Assembly (NCBI GenBank): GCA_965250105.1
Contig: OZ252290.1
Coordinates: forward strand, 3,449,308-3,513,307
Direction: 5' to 3'
Origin: Tepidamorphaceae bacterium
GTDB taxonomy: Bacteria; Pseudomonadota; Alphaproteobacteria; Rhizobiales; Tepidamorphaceae
Length of the DNA stretch: 64,000 nucleotides
How positions within the stretch are numbered: position 1 is the first letter of the stretch; every line of letters begins with the position of its first letter. Shown one piece after another: positions 54,925-64,000 of this stretch. The translations under genes were made by a program, and so were the position numbers. The notes under the pieces were generated by a model that was given only the letters and a program-made list of their open reading frames with translations, did no database searches and was not told where the DNA came from.

Positions 54925-56379
54925 TCAACCGTCGCGCCTGGCAAGTCGTTCGACGATGCCCGTCGTGCTGACGCCGTCGACGAGTGGCAATAGTTCAACC
55001 CGTCCGCCGCGCGCTTCCACGACCTCCTGGCCGACCACGGTCTTGCCGGCATAGTCCTGCCCCTTGAACAACAGGTCGGGCTGCAGCCTGGTGATCACAT
55101 CGATCGGGGTGGGCTCATCGAAGATGACTACCGCGTCGACCAGCCGCAGCGCCGACAGGAGCCGCGCCCGCGCGCCCTCGGCGACGACCGGGCGGTCCGG
55201 GCCCTTGAGAGCCTTGGTGGAGCTGTCTGAATTGATCGCCACGACCAACCGGTCGCAACGGCTGGCGGCGTCTTCCAGGGATTGCAGATGGCCTTCATGC
55301 AGGAGATCGAAGACGCCATTCGTGAAGCCGACGGTCTCGCCGTCCGCCTGCCATTGGCCGACAAGATCGCCCGCCATCTCCCAGTCCATCGCGCCATGGG
55401 CGCTGTCGAGCCGCATGGCATGGCGCAGTTCTTCGAGCGAGACCGTGGCAGTGCCGAACTTGCCGACCGCGATGCCGGCCGCGATATTGGCGAGCCTTGC
55501 CGCGTCCGTCAGATCGAGGCCGGCCGCGAGACCCGCCGCCGTGGTGGCGATCGCGGTATCGCCGGCGCCCGAAACGTCGAACAGCTTGCGCGGCGGATGG
55601 GCGGGGATGTGGTCGACCGACGCGCCGCGCCGGGCCACCGCCATGCCGTGTTCGCCGCGCGTCAGGATGACGCCGTCGATGTCGAACAGCGCCAACGCCT
55701 CGGCGCAGGCCTTTTCGGCGGAGGCCCGGTCGGTGACGGGAATGTCTGTCGCCTCGGCCATTTCCTTGGCATTGGGGCTGACGGCGGTGGCGCCGCGATA
55801 GAGGTTGAAGTCGCGCGATTTCGGATCAACCAGGACCGGCAGGCCCGCGCCGCGGCAAAGCGCGATGATGTGGGCGGCCATATCGTCCTGCAGGACGCCC
55901 TTGGCGTAGTCGGACAGGATCACGACATCGACATCCGCCAATGCGGCCTCGATCCGGCCGATCAGTTCGGCCTTCAGCGCGTCCGACGCCATCGCCGCCT
56001 CCTCGGCGTCGATGCGCACGACCTGCTGATTCTGCGCGATGACGCGGGTCTTGACGCTGGTCGGCCGGCCCGGATCGGTGACGAAGGAGGTCGTGACGCC
56101 CGACGCGCCCGACAGGCGGATCAGTTCGCGGCCCCAGGCATCTTCGCCGACAAAGCCAACGATGATCGCCGAGGCGCCGTAATGGGCGATCTGCCGGGCG
56201 ACATTGGCCGCGCCGCCAAGCACCGAGCGCTCGCCGGATTTCAGCACTACCGGGATCGGCGCTTCCGGCGAAATCCGGTCGACCTTTCCGATGAGATAGC
56301 GGTCGAGTATGACATCGCCCACGACAAGAGCGCGAATGGCGTGTAAGCGGTCGAGGACCGAATTGTCGGGGGCGATCAT
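54925..56379 (-). CDS. hldE: Bifunctional D-glycero-beta-D-manno-heptose-7-phosphate kinase / heptose-1-phosphate adenylyltransferase
   Basis: The N-terminal ribokinase-like domain has VVGDVILDRY and DVSGAGDT. The C-terminal cytidylyltransferase has GFTNGVFDLLHEGH. Confidence 0.9.
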   Translation of the reverse strand: MIAPDNSVLDRLHAIRALVVGDVILDRYLIGKVDRISPEAPIPVVLKSGERSVLGGAANVARQIAHYGASAIIVGFVGEDAWGRELIRLSGASGVTTSFVTDPGRPTSVKTRVIAQNQQVVRIDAEEAAMASDALKAELIGRIEAALADVDVVILSDYAKGVLQDDMAAHIIALCRGAGLPVLVDPKSRDFNLYRGATAVSPNAKEMAEATDIPVTDRASAEKACAEALALFDIDGVILTRGEHGMAVARRGASVDHIPAHPPRKLFDVSGAGDTAIATTAAGLAAGLDLTDAARLANIAAGIAVGKFGTATVSLEELRHAMRLDSAHGAMDWEMAGDLVGQWQADGETVGFTNGVFDLLHEGHLQSLEDAASRCDRLVVAINSDSSTKALKGPDRPVVAEGARARLLSALRLVDAVVIFDEPTPIDVITRLQPDLLFKGQDYAGKTVVGQEVVEARGGRVELLPLVDGVSTTGIVERLARRDG

Positions 56380-56479
56380 TTTTGTTCCAGGGTCGGGCTA
56401 GGCTGTGTATCGGGCTCCGCCGCGGCGGTGGCCAAGGCTCGGGACGAAGCGGGCGCGACCGTGTGGAGAAGTTCAACCG

Positions 56480-57043
56480 ATGTCAACCGATGACGTGATC
56501 GCGACCCAGTTCGACGATCATCTCGCCTGTGTCGAAGCCAGCCGTGCCTTGTCGGCCGACATCGGTGCGGCGATCGCTGTGTGCCGGGACGCGCTCGCCG
56601 CCGGCGGCAAGATCATGCTATGCGGCAATGGCGGCAGCGCGGCCGATAGCCAACATATCGCGACCGAACTGACGATCCGCTTCGAGCGCGACCGGCGCGC
56701 TCTGCCGGCCATCGCCTTGACGACGGATACATCCGCCCTGACGGCGGCCGCCAACGATCTCGGCGCCGAGCGGATGTTCAGCCGCCAGGTCGAGGCGCTG
56801 GCACGGCCCGGCGACGTTCTCATCGCTCTGTCCACGTCGGGCACCTCGCCGAACATCCTGGCGGCGATGCAGGCGGCCCGCGCCGCTGGTGCGAAGACGG
56901 TCCTGTTCGGCGGTCGCGATGGCGGCCCGGCCCGCGCCCTAGCCGATGTCGCGCTCATCGTGCCGGCGGACCGCACCGCGCGCATCCAGGAAGTGCATAT
57001 CCTGATCGGCCATATTCTTTGTGGCGCGCTGGAAACGGCCTGA
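56480..57043 (+). CDS. gmhA: Phosphoheptose isomerase
   Basis: The SIS domain has GKIMLCGNGGSAADSQHIATEL, ALTTDTSALTAAANDLG and ALSTSGTSPNIL. The in-frame ATG is at 56480. Confidence 0.9.
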   Translation: MSTDDVIATQFDDHLACVEASRALSADIGAAIAVCRDALAAGGKIMLCGNGGSAADSQHIATELTIRFERDRRALPAIALTTDTSALTAAANDLGAERMFSRQVEALARPGDVLIALSTSGTSPNILAAMQAARAAGAKTVLFGGRDGGPARALADVALIVPADRTARIQEVHILIGHILCGALETA

Positions 57044-57046
57044 CCC

Positions 57047-57688
57047 ATGCCGTTCACGGACGACGGCAATTGGTGGTGTATCCGGTCCGAGCCGTCGGCG
57101 GTTGAAACGGATCGGCGGCGCCCGGCCCTGTTTCTCGATCGCGACGGCACGCTGATCGAGGATCCCGGCTATCTCGGCGATCCCCATGGCGTGCGCCCGA
57201 TCCCTGGCGCGGCCGCGCTGGCGGGCCGGTTTCTGTCGGCGGGCTATGCGGTCGTCATCGTCACCAACCAGTCCGGCATCGGCCGTGGCTTTTATGACTG
57301 GGACGCGTTCAACGCGGTTCAGGAGCGGCTGGCCGATATCTGGCGAGCCGATGGTGCGTTCTGGCATATGGAACTCGCATGTCCGTTCCATCCGGAGGCG
57401 GGGCAGGGGCGCTACGCGCGCGACGATGAGTGGCGCAAGCCCAGGCCGGGCATGATCCTGTTCGCCGCCGACAGGCTGGCGCTCGATCTCGACCGCTCGA
57501 TCCTGATCGGCGATGGTGCCCGCGATATCGAGGCCGGTCGCGGGGCAGGAGTCGGGCGGAGCTATCTGTTTCGATCCGCCGCTACCGGCCGGATACCCGA
57601 TGACGCAGCGCTCGTGCTTGACAGTTTCGATGCGCTCGCGCCACAGCAGATGCCACAATCCGACAGCTCGGCGCGGAGCGCTTCATGA
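57047..57688 (+). CDS. gmhB: D-glycero-beta-D-manno-heptose-1,7-bisphosphate 7-phosphatase (HAD-IIIA)
   Basis: Contains FLDRDGTLIED, VVIVTNQSGIGRG, CPFHPE, RKPRPGM and IGDGARDIEAG. The protein has an N-terminal extension of about 25 aa. Confidence 0.85.
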   Translation: MPFTDDGNWWCIRSEPSAVETDRRRPALFLDRDGTLIEDPGYLGDPHGVRPIPGAAALAGRFLSAGYAVVIVTNQSGIGRGFYDWDAFNAVQERLADIWRADGAFWHMELACPFHPEAGQGRYARDDEWRKPRPGMILFAADRLALDLDRSILIGDGARDIEAGRGAGVGRSYLFRSAATGRIPDDAALVLDSFDALAPQQMPQSDSSARSAS

Positions 57689-58635
57689 TCATCGTCACCG
57701 GCGGGGCCGGCTTCATCGGCTCGAACATCGTCACGGCGCTCAACGAGGCCGGGCGCGACGATATCGTCGTCGTCGATGATCTGGCCGACGGCACCAAGTT
57801 CCGCAATCTCGTCGGCGCGCGCATCGCCGATTACCTCGACAAGGATGCATTTCTAGATCTGATCGAGACCCGTCGCGATCTCGACCAGATCGATGCGGTG
57901 TTCCATCAGGGGGCCTGCACGGACACCACCGAATGGGACGGCCGCTATATGATGGCGGTGAACTACGACTATTCGAAAAGCCTGCTCGCCTACTGCCAGG
58001 CGCGTGGCATTCCGCTGATCTATGCCAGTTCGGGCGCGGTCTATGGCGTATCTCAGGTCTTCGACGAATTGGCGCCCATGGAACGGCCGGCCAATGTCTA
58101 TGGCTGGTCGAAATGGCTGTTCGACCGCTATGTCGAGGCCCGCCGCGACGCGCTTGACAGCCAGGTCGTGGGCTTGCGCTATTTCAACGTCTATGGCGCC
58201 AATGAAGGCCACAAGGGCAAGATGGCGAGCCTTGTCTGGCAGTGGCGCCGACAATTGCAGGAGACGGGACGCCTGAAGCTCTTCGGCGCGTCGCACGGCT
58301 ATGATGCGGGCGAGCAGGAGCGCGACTTCGTGCTCGTCGATGATGTGGCCCAGGTCAATCTCTGGTTTCTCGACAGGCCCGACGTGTCCGGCATTTTCAA
58401 TCTCGGCACCGGGCGGCGGCGCAGCTTCAACGATCTAGCGCAGACCGTGATCGGCTGGCATGGCCGTGGCGAGATCGACTATGTGCCCTTTCCCGACCAT
58501 CTGCGCGGGAGTTACCAGGCCTATACCGAGGCCGATCTGACCCGGTTGCGAGCGGTCGGCTGCGCGCATGATTTTAGGCCCATCGAAGACGGCGTGCCGC
58601 TCTATCTCGGACGGCTGGCGCAAGCCGAGATATGA
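57685..58635 (+). CDS. hldD: ADP-L-glycero-D-manno-heptose 6-epimerase
   Basis: Contains MIIVTGGAGFIGSN, FHQGACTDTTEWDG and the YGWSK catalytic motif. The start overlaps the gmhB stop (ATGA). Confidence 0.9.
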   Translation: MIIVTGGAGFIGSNIVTALNEAGRDDIVVVDDLADGTKFRNLVGARIADYLDKDAFLDLIETRRDLDQIDAVFHQGACTDTTEWDGRYMMAVNYDYSKSLLAYCQARGIPLIYASSGAVYGVSQVFDELAPMERPANVYGWSKWLFDRYVEARRDALDSQVVGLRYFNVYGANEGHKGKMASLVWQWRRQLQETGRLKLFGASHGYDAGEQERDFVLVDDVAQVNLWFLDRPDVSGIFNLGTGRRRSFNDLAQTVIGWHGRGEIDYVPFPDHLRGSYQAYTEADLTRLRAVGCAHDFRPIEDGVPLYLGRLAQAEI

Positions 58636-59648
58636 CCGCGTCGCGGGTTCTCGTGGTCGGGCCGGCCTGGGTCGGCGATATGGTCATGGCTGGCGGCCTG
58701 GTCCAGGTGCTCAAGGCGCGCGCACCCGATATGGCGATCGACATATTGGCGCCGCCGGCCACGGCGCCGATCGCCGCGCTGATGCCGGGTGTCCGAGATG
58801 TCATAGAGAGCCGGACGGGCCATGGCCGGCTCGATATCGGTGCCCGCTGGTCGCTTGGTCGGTCCTTACGCCAAAGGCGTTATGAGCTCGCGATTGTTCT
58901 GCCGCGATCGTTCAAATCGGCGCTCGTGCCGTTTTTCGCGCGCGTTCCGCGACGGCGCGGTTATCGCGGCGAGATGCGCTACGGGCTGCTGACCGAGGCC
59001 TTGCCCGATATCGCCCACGGCGCGATGCGGACGGTCGACAAATTCGTCCGGCTGGCCGGGGCCGATGAACCATCGGCCGCGCCGATGCCGGTTCTCGACT
59101 GCGCGGCCGATAAAGCGGCCGAGATCGCGGCGCGGTTCGGGCTGGACGGGCCCGATGACGACGCATCACTCATCGCGCTTTGTCCCGGTGCGGAATATGG
59201 TCCGGCCAAGCAATGGCCGCATTTCAAGACAGCGGCGGCGCTGCTCGCCGACAAGGGGTATCGGATCATGGTTGTCGGGTCGCCCAAGGAGCGCGACATC
59301 AGTGCCGAGATCGCGGCGGCCGCATCGAACGCGGTTACCGATCTCACCGGCCGGACGACACTGTCCGAGGCGGTGCATCTTCTGTCCCGCGCGCATGGCG
59401 TGATCACCAATGATTCAGGGCTGATGCATGTCGCCTGCGCACTCGACCGTCCAGTCGTCGCGCTGTTCGGCTCGTCGAGCGCGGATATCACTCCTCCACT
59501 CGGCAAGACGGTGACGGTTCTCGAACGCACTCTCGATTGCCGCCCTTGTTTCGCCCGGCAATGCCCGCTCGGCCATCTCGATTGCCTGACGACCATTCCC
59601 GCCACCGAGGCGGTCGCGGCGTTGGAAGCCGTGTTGCGCGACGAGTGA
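58632..59648 (+). CDS. waaF: LPS heptosyltransferase II (GT9)
   Basis: Contains VLVVGPAWVGDMVMA and the C-terminal NDSGLMHVACAL...VALFGSS. The start overlaps the hldD stop (ATGA). Confidence 0.8.
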   Translation: MTASRVLVVGPAWVGDMVMAGGLVQVLKARAPDMAIDILAPPATAPIAALMPGVRDVIESRTGHGRLDIGARWSLGRSLRQRRYELAIVLPRSFKSALVPFFARVPRRRGYRGEMRYGLLTEALPDIAHGAMRTVDKFVRLAGADEPSAAPMPVLDCAADKAAEIAARFGLDGPDDDASLIALCPGAEYGPAKQWPHFKTAAALLADKGYRIMVVGSPKERDISAEIAAAASNAVTDLTGRTTLSEAVHLLSRAHGVITNDSGLMHVACALDRPVVALFGSSSADITPPLGKTVTVLERTLDCRPCFARQCPLGHLDCLTTIPATEAVAALEAVLRDE

Positions 59649-59787
59649 CGTCTCCTCGCCGATATCGTTAGGGCTAATTTGCCTTTGCCGGGATGGATTG
59701 CTAAGCCGATTGGCGCCATTCGTCAGGGGGCAGTGGAGGCGGCTTTCGCCGAAAGCCTGACTGTCGATTGAAGCTAGAGTATTCCGC

Positions 59788-60621
59788 ATGAACGGACTCA
59801 TCTCCGTCATCGTCACGACCTATAACCGGCCGGACGCGCTCGATCTCGTCCTGGACGGTCTGCGGCGCCAGTCAGATCATCGTTTCGAGGTGCTGGTCGC
59901 CGACGATGGCTCGGGTCTTGAGACGGCCGGTCTCGTCACGGACTGGAGAGGGCGCGCTGGCTATCCGTTGATCCATGTCTGGCACGAGGATGACGGGTTT
60001 CGCGCCGCTGAAATCCGCAATCGCGCCATTCTGGCTTCCCACGGTGATTATCTGATCTTCCTTGATGGTGATTGTGTTCCGCGCCCGTCCTTCGTCGCCC
60101 GCCATCGCTATCTGGCCGAACCGAAACGCTTCGTCGCTGGCAATCGTATCCTGTTGAGCGAGGCCTTCACCGACAGCGTGACGCGCGGTGACATCGCGTT
60201 GGACAAAATCGGGCCTCTCGGCTGGTTGACGCATGCTTGGGCAGGTGACGTCAATCAATTGAAGCCCCTGCTGCATCTGCCGATCGGCCCTTTCCGAAAT
60301 GTCCATCCGATGGCTTGGTGGCATTGCCGCACCTGCAATATGGCGGTCTGGCGCGCCGATCTCGACCGGATCGATGGCTTTGACAGCGCTTTTGTCGGTT
60401 GGGGCTATGAGGATAGTGAGCTTGTTCTGAGGTTGATGCGGCTCGGCGTTTTGCGCAAAGATGGCCGCTTCGCAACCGGCGTGTTCCACCTCTGGCATCC
60501 TTTGGAACAGCGCGGTGCGATCGATCATAACGAGACCATGTTCAAGCAATCGCAAGCGGCTGGCCGCATCAGGGCCAGCCGTGGCCTGTCGGCGCTGCGG
60601 CAAGAAGGCGCCACTTCGTGA
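59788..60621 (+). CDS. Glycosyltransferase family 2
   Basis: Contains ISVIVTTYNRPDAL, the DDGS motif (VLVADDGS) and FLDGDC (DxD). Confidence 0.85.
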   Translation: MNGLISVIVTTYNRPDALDLVLDGLRRQSDHRFEVLVADDGSGLETAGLVTDWRGRAGYPLIHVWHEDDGFRAAEIRNRAILASHGDYLIFLDGDCVPRPSFVARHRYLAEPKRFVAGNRILLSEAFTDSVTRGDIALDKIGPLGWLTHAWAGDVNQLKPLLHLPIGPFRNVHPMAWWHCRTCNMAVWRADLDRIDGFDSAFVGWGYEDSELVLRLMRLGVLRKDGRFATGVFHLWHPLEQRGAIDHNETMFKQSQAAGRIRASRGLSALRQEGATS

Positions 60622-61877
60622 CGGCCGGACACGATACCCAGGCGGTCACAACGGCGCCGCGGTTGTTATCTGCGGACGGACGCCGCCACATCGCCGCGAT
60701 CACGGTCGTCGGGCTGTTCGCCACGCTGCCCTTCTCGGCCAGCATCGCCAGCATCTTCGTGGCGCTGGTGGCCATCGCGACCATTGTCGCAAGCCAGCGG
60801 GCTGATCTACGGCACGCGCTCGCCCGGCCCGCCGCGCTGACCGGGCTCGCGCTCTTCGCCTGGATGGTCGTGGCCATCCTGTGGTCGTCCGCCGCGCCGC
60901 TCGTCTGGGTCGATGAACTCGAAGCTTATCTGAAGCTTCTGTTCATTCCGCTGCTATTTGCCGCCTTCGGCACCGGCGACTGGGCCCGGCGCGTTCTCAT
61001 CGCCTTCCTGATGGTGACCAGCCTGATCCTGACCCTGTCCTGGCTCGGCTATCTGACGGGCATCACCGTTCCGAAGATTATCGAGCCCGGCGGTATCGTG
61101 GTCGGGGACCATTCGATCCAGAGCATCTTGTTTCTCTGGTCGGCCTTCGCCCTGGCGCATCTGGCTTGGACGCGCTGGCGCGACAGCGCGGATCGGCATG
61201 ACCGCATCCTGGCCGTCCTTTTCGCGCTGTTGGCGCTTCTGTTCCTTAGCAACATCATCTTCGTGGCGACGGCGCGCGCCACGTTGATTGCCTTCGCCGT
61301 GCTGACGGTCCTGTTCACCTGGCAGCGTTTCGGCCTGCGCGGTCTCATTGGTGGTGTGGTCGTCGTCGCCGTATTGGCCGCTCTCGTCTGGCAGACATCG
61401 CCGAAGATCCGCGACCGGGTCCAGCATGCCCGACAGGACATTTCACGCTACATGGCCGAAGACACCATAACGAGTATCGGGGTCCGTTTGCAGCTCTGGC
61501 ACAAGGGGGCCGGGTTCGTCACCGAAGCGCCCGTGGTCGGCCATGGCACTGGATCGCTGATCGGGCTCTATCAGGAGCGGGTGACCGATACCGAACCCGT
61601 CGTCACCGACGATTCGCACAATCAGATCCTGCAGGTCGCGATCTCCTATGGCCTTGTTGGCGCGGTTCTGCTGATCGCGATGTGGCTTAGCCATGCCTAT
61701 CTCTTCCGCGGCGGCGGGATTTATGCCTGGGTTGGCCAGGCCGTCGTGGCGCAGAACGTGGTGACGGGCCAGTTCCACAGCCATATCTGGATGTTCACGC
61801 CGGGCTGGTATTACGTCCTCGCCATCGGCGTGCTTGGTGCGGCGGTCATTGCAAGACGGCGCGACGAGGCGCTATAG
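60618..61877 (+). CDS. O-antigen ligase (WaaL/Wzy_C) family membrane protein
   Basis: This polytopic 419-aa protein has a periplasmic loop with VGHGTGS and DDSHNQILQV (the conserved His of the Wzy_C family). The start overlaps the GT2 stop. Confidence 0.75.
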   Translation: MTAGHDTQAVTTAPRLLSADGRRHIAAITVVGLFATLPFSASIASIFVALVAIATIVASQRADLRHALARPAALTGLALFAWMVVAILWSSAAPLVWVDELEAYLKLLFIPLLFAAFGTGDWARRVLIAFLMVTSLILTLSWLGYLTGITVPKIIEPGGIVVGDHSIQSILFLWSAFALAHLAWTRWRDSADRHDRILAVLFALLALLFLSNIIFVATARATLIAFAVLTVLFTWQRFGLRGLIGGVVVVAVLAALVWQTSPKIRDRVQHARQDISRYMAEDTITSIGVRLQLWHKGAGFVTEAPVVGHGTGSLIGLYQERVTDTEPVVTDDSHNQILQVAISYGLVGAVLLIAMWLSHAYLFRGGGIYAWVGQAVVAQNVVTGQFHSHIWMFTPGWYYVLAIGVLGAAVIARRRDEAL

Positions 61878-61936
61878 GGAGCGCCCGGCCCGGTGCCTCG
61901 GGCAGCCAGATATCTGAGATCACAGGAGACAGGCGC

Positions 61937-63065
61937 ATGCGCGCGGAATTCGAGGGGATGGTCGACAGCATTCGCGAGTCGGTCACGCTCCTGAGGAGGC
62001 ATCTTTGACTGGGACAAGGCCACCAAGCGCCTTGATGAGCTGAACGCGGCCGTCGAGGATCCCGACCTCTGGAACGATGCGGCCCGTGCCCAGGGGCTGA
62101 TGCGCGAGCGCCAGAACCTTGCCGATCAGATCGACGCCATCACGACCGTCGAAACGGACCTCCAGGACGCCGTCGACCTGATCGAACTGGCCGAGGGGGA
62201 GGGCGACGAGGACGTTCTCGCCGAAGCCGGCGAGACGCTGAAGACGCTGTCGCGGCATGCGCAGAAGGCGCAGCTGCAGGCCCTACTCTCGGGCGAGGCC
62301 GATGGCAACGACACCTATCTCGAAGTCCATGCCGGCGCCGGCGGCACCGAGAGCCAGGACTGGGCCGACATGCTGTTTCGCATGTATAGGCGTTGGGCCG
62401 AGAGCCATGGCTGCAAGGCCGAGGTCATCGAGATGACCGACGGCGAAGAGGCCGGCATCAAGGCGGCGACGCTGCTGATCAAGGGGCCGAATGCCTATGG
62501 CTGGCTGAAGACCGAATCCGGCGTCCACCGGCTGGTGCGCATCTCGCCGTTTGATTCGAATGCGCGCCGCCATACGAGCTTCGCGTCGGTCTGGGTCTAT
62601 CCGGTCGTCGACGACACGATCGAGATCGATGTCAGCGAATCCGATGTCCGCGTCGACACGTTTCGCGCCTCCGGCGCCGGCGGCCAGCACGTCAATACGA
62701 CCGACAGCGCCGTGCGCATCACCCATATCCCGACGGGCATCGTCGTCGCGTGCCAGTCGGAGCGCTCGCAGCATAAGAATCGCGCCACGGCCTGGGCCAT
62801 GTTGCGCGCCCGGCTCTATGAAGCGGAATTGCAGAAGCGGGAAGAGGCGGCGGCGGCCGAAGCGGCGTCGAAAAGCGCCATCGGATGGGGTCACCAGATC
62901 CGGTCCTACGTTCTTCAGCCTTACCAGCTCGTCAAGGACCTGCGCACCGGCACCGAACACACCAATCCGACCGCGGTGCTCGACGGCGATCTCGATCGGT
63001 TCATGGAAGCGACACTGGCCCAGCGCGCCTATGGCGGCGGCGGCGAGGTCGAGGATCTCGACTGA
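61937..63065 (+). CDS. prfB: Peptide chain release factor 2, expressed via programmed +1 frameshift
   Basis: Frame 0 runs from the ATG at 61937 to CTT-TGA (62003-62008). The +1 frame continues from GAC at 62007 ([13 protein letters not shown]...). Contains the SPF motif (RISPFDS) and the GGQ motif (SGAGGQHVN). Confidence 0.95.
61994..62010 (+). promoter_or_regulatory. prfB recoding site: internal SD-like AGGAGG followed by the CTT TGA C shift site
   Basis: The sequence GAGGAGGCATCTTTGAC was read directly. The spacing and slippery CTT_TGA_C match the classical RF2 autoregulatory frameshift. Confidence 0.9.
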
Positions 63066-63086
63066 CGGCGGCGCCGGCGCACCGCG

Positions 63087-63932
63087 TTACAGGATAGTCA
63101 GGCCGTGCCCGGCGTCGAGATAGCGCGCCGGATTGCGGGCGACGCCCGAGGCGCGCACTTCATAGTGAAGGTGCGGGCCGGTGCTGCGTCCGGTCGAGCC
63201 GACCTGGCCGATCGTGTCGCCAGCAGCAACGCTGTCACCCTCAGCGACCTCGATCGCGCTTAAATGGGCGTAGCGCGTCGTGAAGCCATTGCCGTGGTCT
63301 ATCTCGACGAGCTTGCCATAGCCGCCGACGCGTCGCGCTTGCGTCACGATGCCGGCCGCCGTCGTCACGACAGCGGTTCCCGTCGCGGCGCGGAAATCGA
63401 TACCGGTATGGCGGGCGAGGCGGCCGGTGAACGGATCGCGGCGCGGACCGAAGGAACTCGAGACGCGATAACCTTCCGCGAGTGGCCGGCGCACGGGCAG
63501 CCGGTCGACAACGCCGCGCAGATGTTGCGCATAGGCGAGAAGCCGTTCCAGCCGCTCGATCCGCGAGGATATCGCCGCCGTCGGCGCCGCCGCGTCTAGC
63601 GGCACGAGTGGACCGCCGATATCGGGATCGAGCAGGAGCGCCATGTCGCCGGGCGCCGGCGGGGCCGCGAGCCCGAGCGCTTCGGGTACCGCGGCAAGCG
63701 ATTTGGCGCGGCGTTCGACATGCCGTTCGAGCGCCGTCAGCAGGGTTTCCTGGCGCAGCTCCATATGGTCGATGCGCTGGTCGATCGTCTCGATGGCAAG
63801 CCGCAGCCGATAGAGCGACACGGTTTCGGGCACATCGAGCTGGTCTGTCGTGAAGGCGTTGGGCGAAAAGCTCGCGGCCGCGAAGGCGAGCGGCATGGTC
63901 TGGCCGGGCGCCAGCGGACGGGGTTTCAACAC
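63087..63932 (-). CDS. M23 family metallopeptidase
   Basis: The C-terminal LytM domain has HTGIDFRAATGTAV...GGYGKLVEIDHGNGFTTRYAHLS...GQVGSTGRSTGPHLHYEV. The N-terminus may lie further upstream, toward the window edge. Confidence 0.85.
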   Translation of the reverse strand: MLKPRPLAPGQTMPLAFAAASFSPNAFTTDQLDVPETVSLYRLRLAIETIDQRIDHMELRQETLLTALERHVERRAKSLAAVPEALGLAAPPAPGDMALLLDPDIGGPLVPLDAAAPTAAISSRIERLERLLAYAQHLRGVVDRLPVRRPLAEGYRVSSSFGPRRDPFTGRLARHTGIDFRAATGTAVVTTAAGIVTQARRVGGYGKLVEIDHGNGFTTRYAHLSAIEVAEGDSVAAGDTIGQVGSTGRSTGPHLHYEVRASGVARNPARYLDAGHGLTIL

Positions 63933-64000
63933 CGTTTGCGACGGGCGCGCGAGATCGGCGAGAATGCCGGTCGTCTCGATGCCTTCACTGCGCGCGCGGT

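Noticed and set aside
1-64000. CRISPR arrays, IS elements, transposases, integrases, prophage genes and toxin-antitoxin pairs.
   Set aside because: I found no regularly spaced direct repeats. No DDE, serine or tyrosine recombinase motifs appear in any credible ORF. No phage structural genes are present. The only repeats seen are the short hairpin family reported above.

Overview
This is a high-GC alphaproteobacterial chromosome segment. A hand count of one coding line (12841-12900) gave about 77% G+C. Gene order resembles Hyphomicrobiales/Rhizobiales: nrdR-ribD-ribE-ribH-nusB-thiL, yceD-plsX-fabH-ihfA-merR-tRNA-Pro, DUF2842/ctaA, and aapJQMP. Most of the window is ordinary core metabolism and information processing: hppA, metY, rplM-rpsI, argC, phaC, hom, glpX, recJ, gloA, cobB, metC, and prfB with its programmed +1 frameshift. 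There are two surface-glycan loci. One is a Wzy-dependent EPS/adhesin-type cluster at 14.0-23.7 kb. The other is a complete ADP-heptose/LPS-core cluster at 54.9-61.9 kb. Four tRNAs were read by hand: Pro-GGG, Glu-UUC, Pro-UGG and Arg-UCU. The most interesting region is a lower-GC islet of about 3.2 kb (38.85-42.06 kb) between a PNPOx-family gene and the 3' end of tRNA-Glu. It holds an XRE-family regulator and a 29-codon ORF missing from the ORF track. That ORF (40306-40395, MKTGVLNINVKPISSASSLNTKAMCYNKQ) has a strong Shine-Dalgarno site and is followed by a terminator-like hairpin. Immediately downstream is a SagB/ThcOx-family FMN dehydrogenase whose N-terminus looks like a PqqD/RRE leader-peptide-binding domain. 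No cyclodehydratase, transporter or protease is present, so I read this as a candidate minimal, uncharacterised peptide-modification (RiPP-like) cassette. A second anomaly is an approximately 0.5 kb block of about 27-33% G+C (hand count) at 13.0-13.5 kb beside tRNA-Pro(GGG), with no convincing gene. I also saw a family of dispersed hairpin repeats, a degenerate (probably non-catalytic) Wzc-like kinase domain, and several tight translational couplings. I found no CRISPR array, IS element, transposase or integrase. Many long ORFs in the track are antisense or out-of-frame artefacts of the high GC content.
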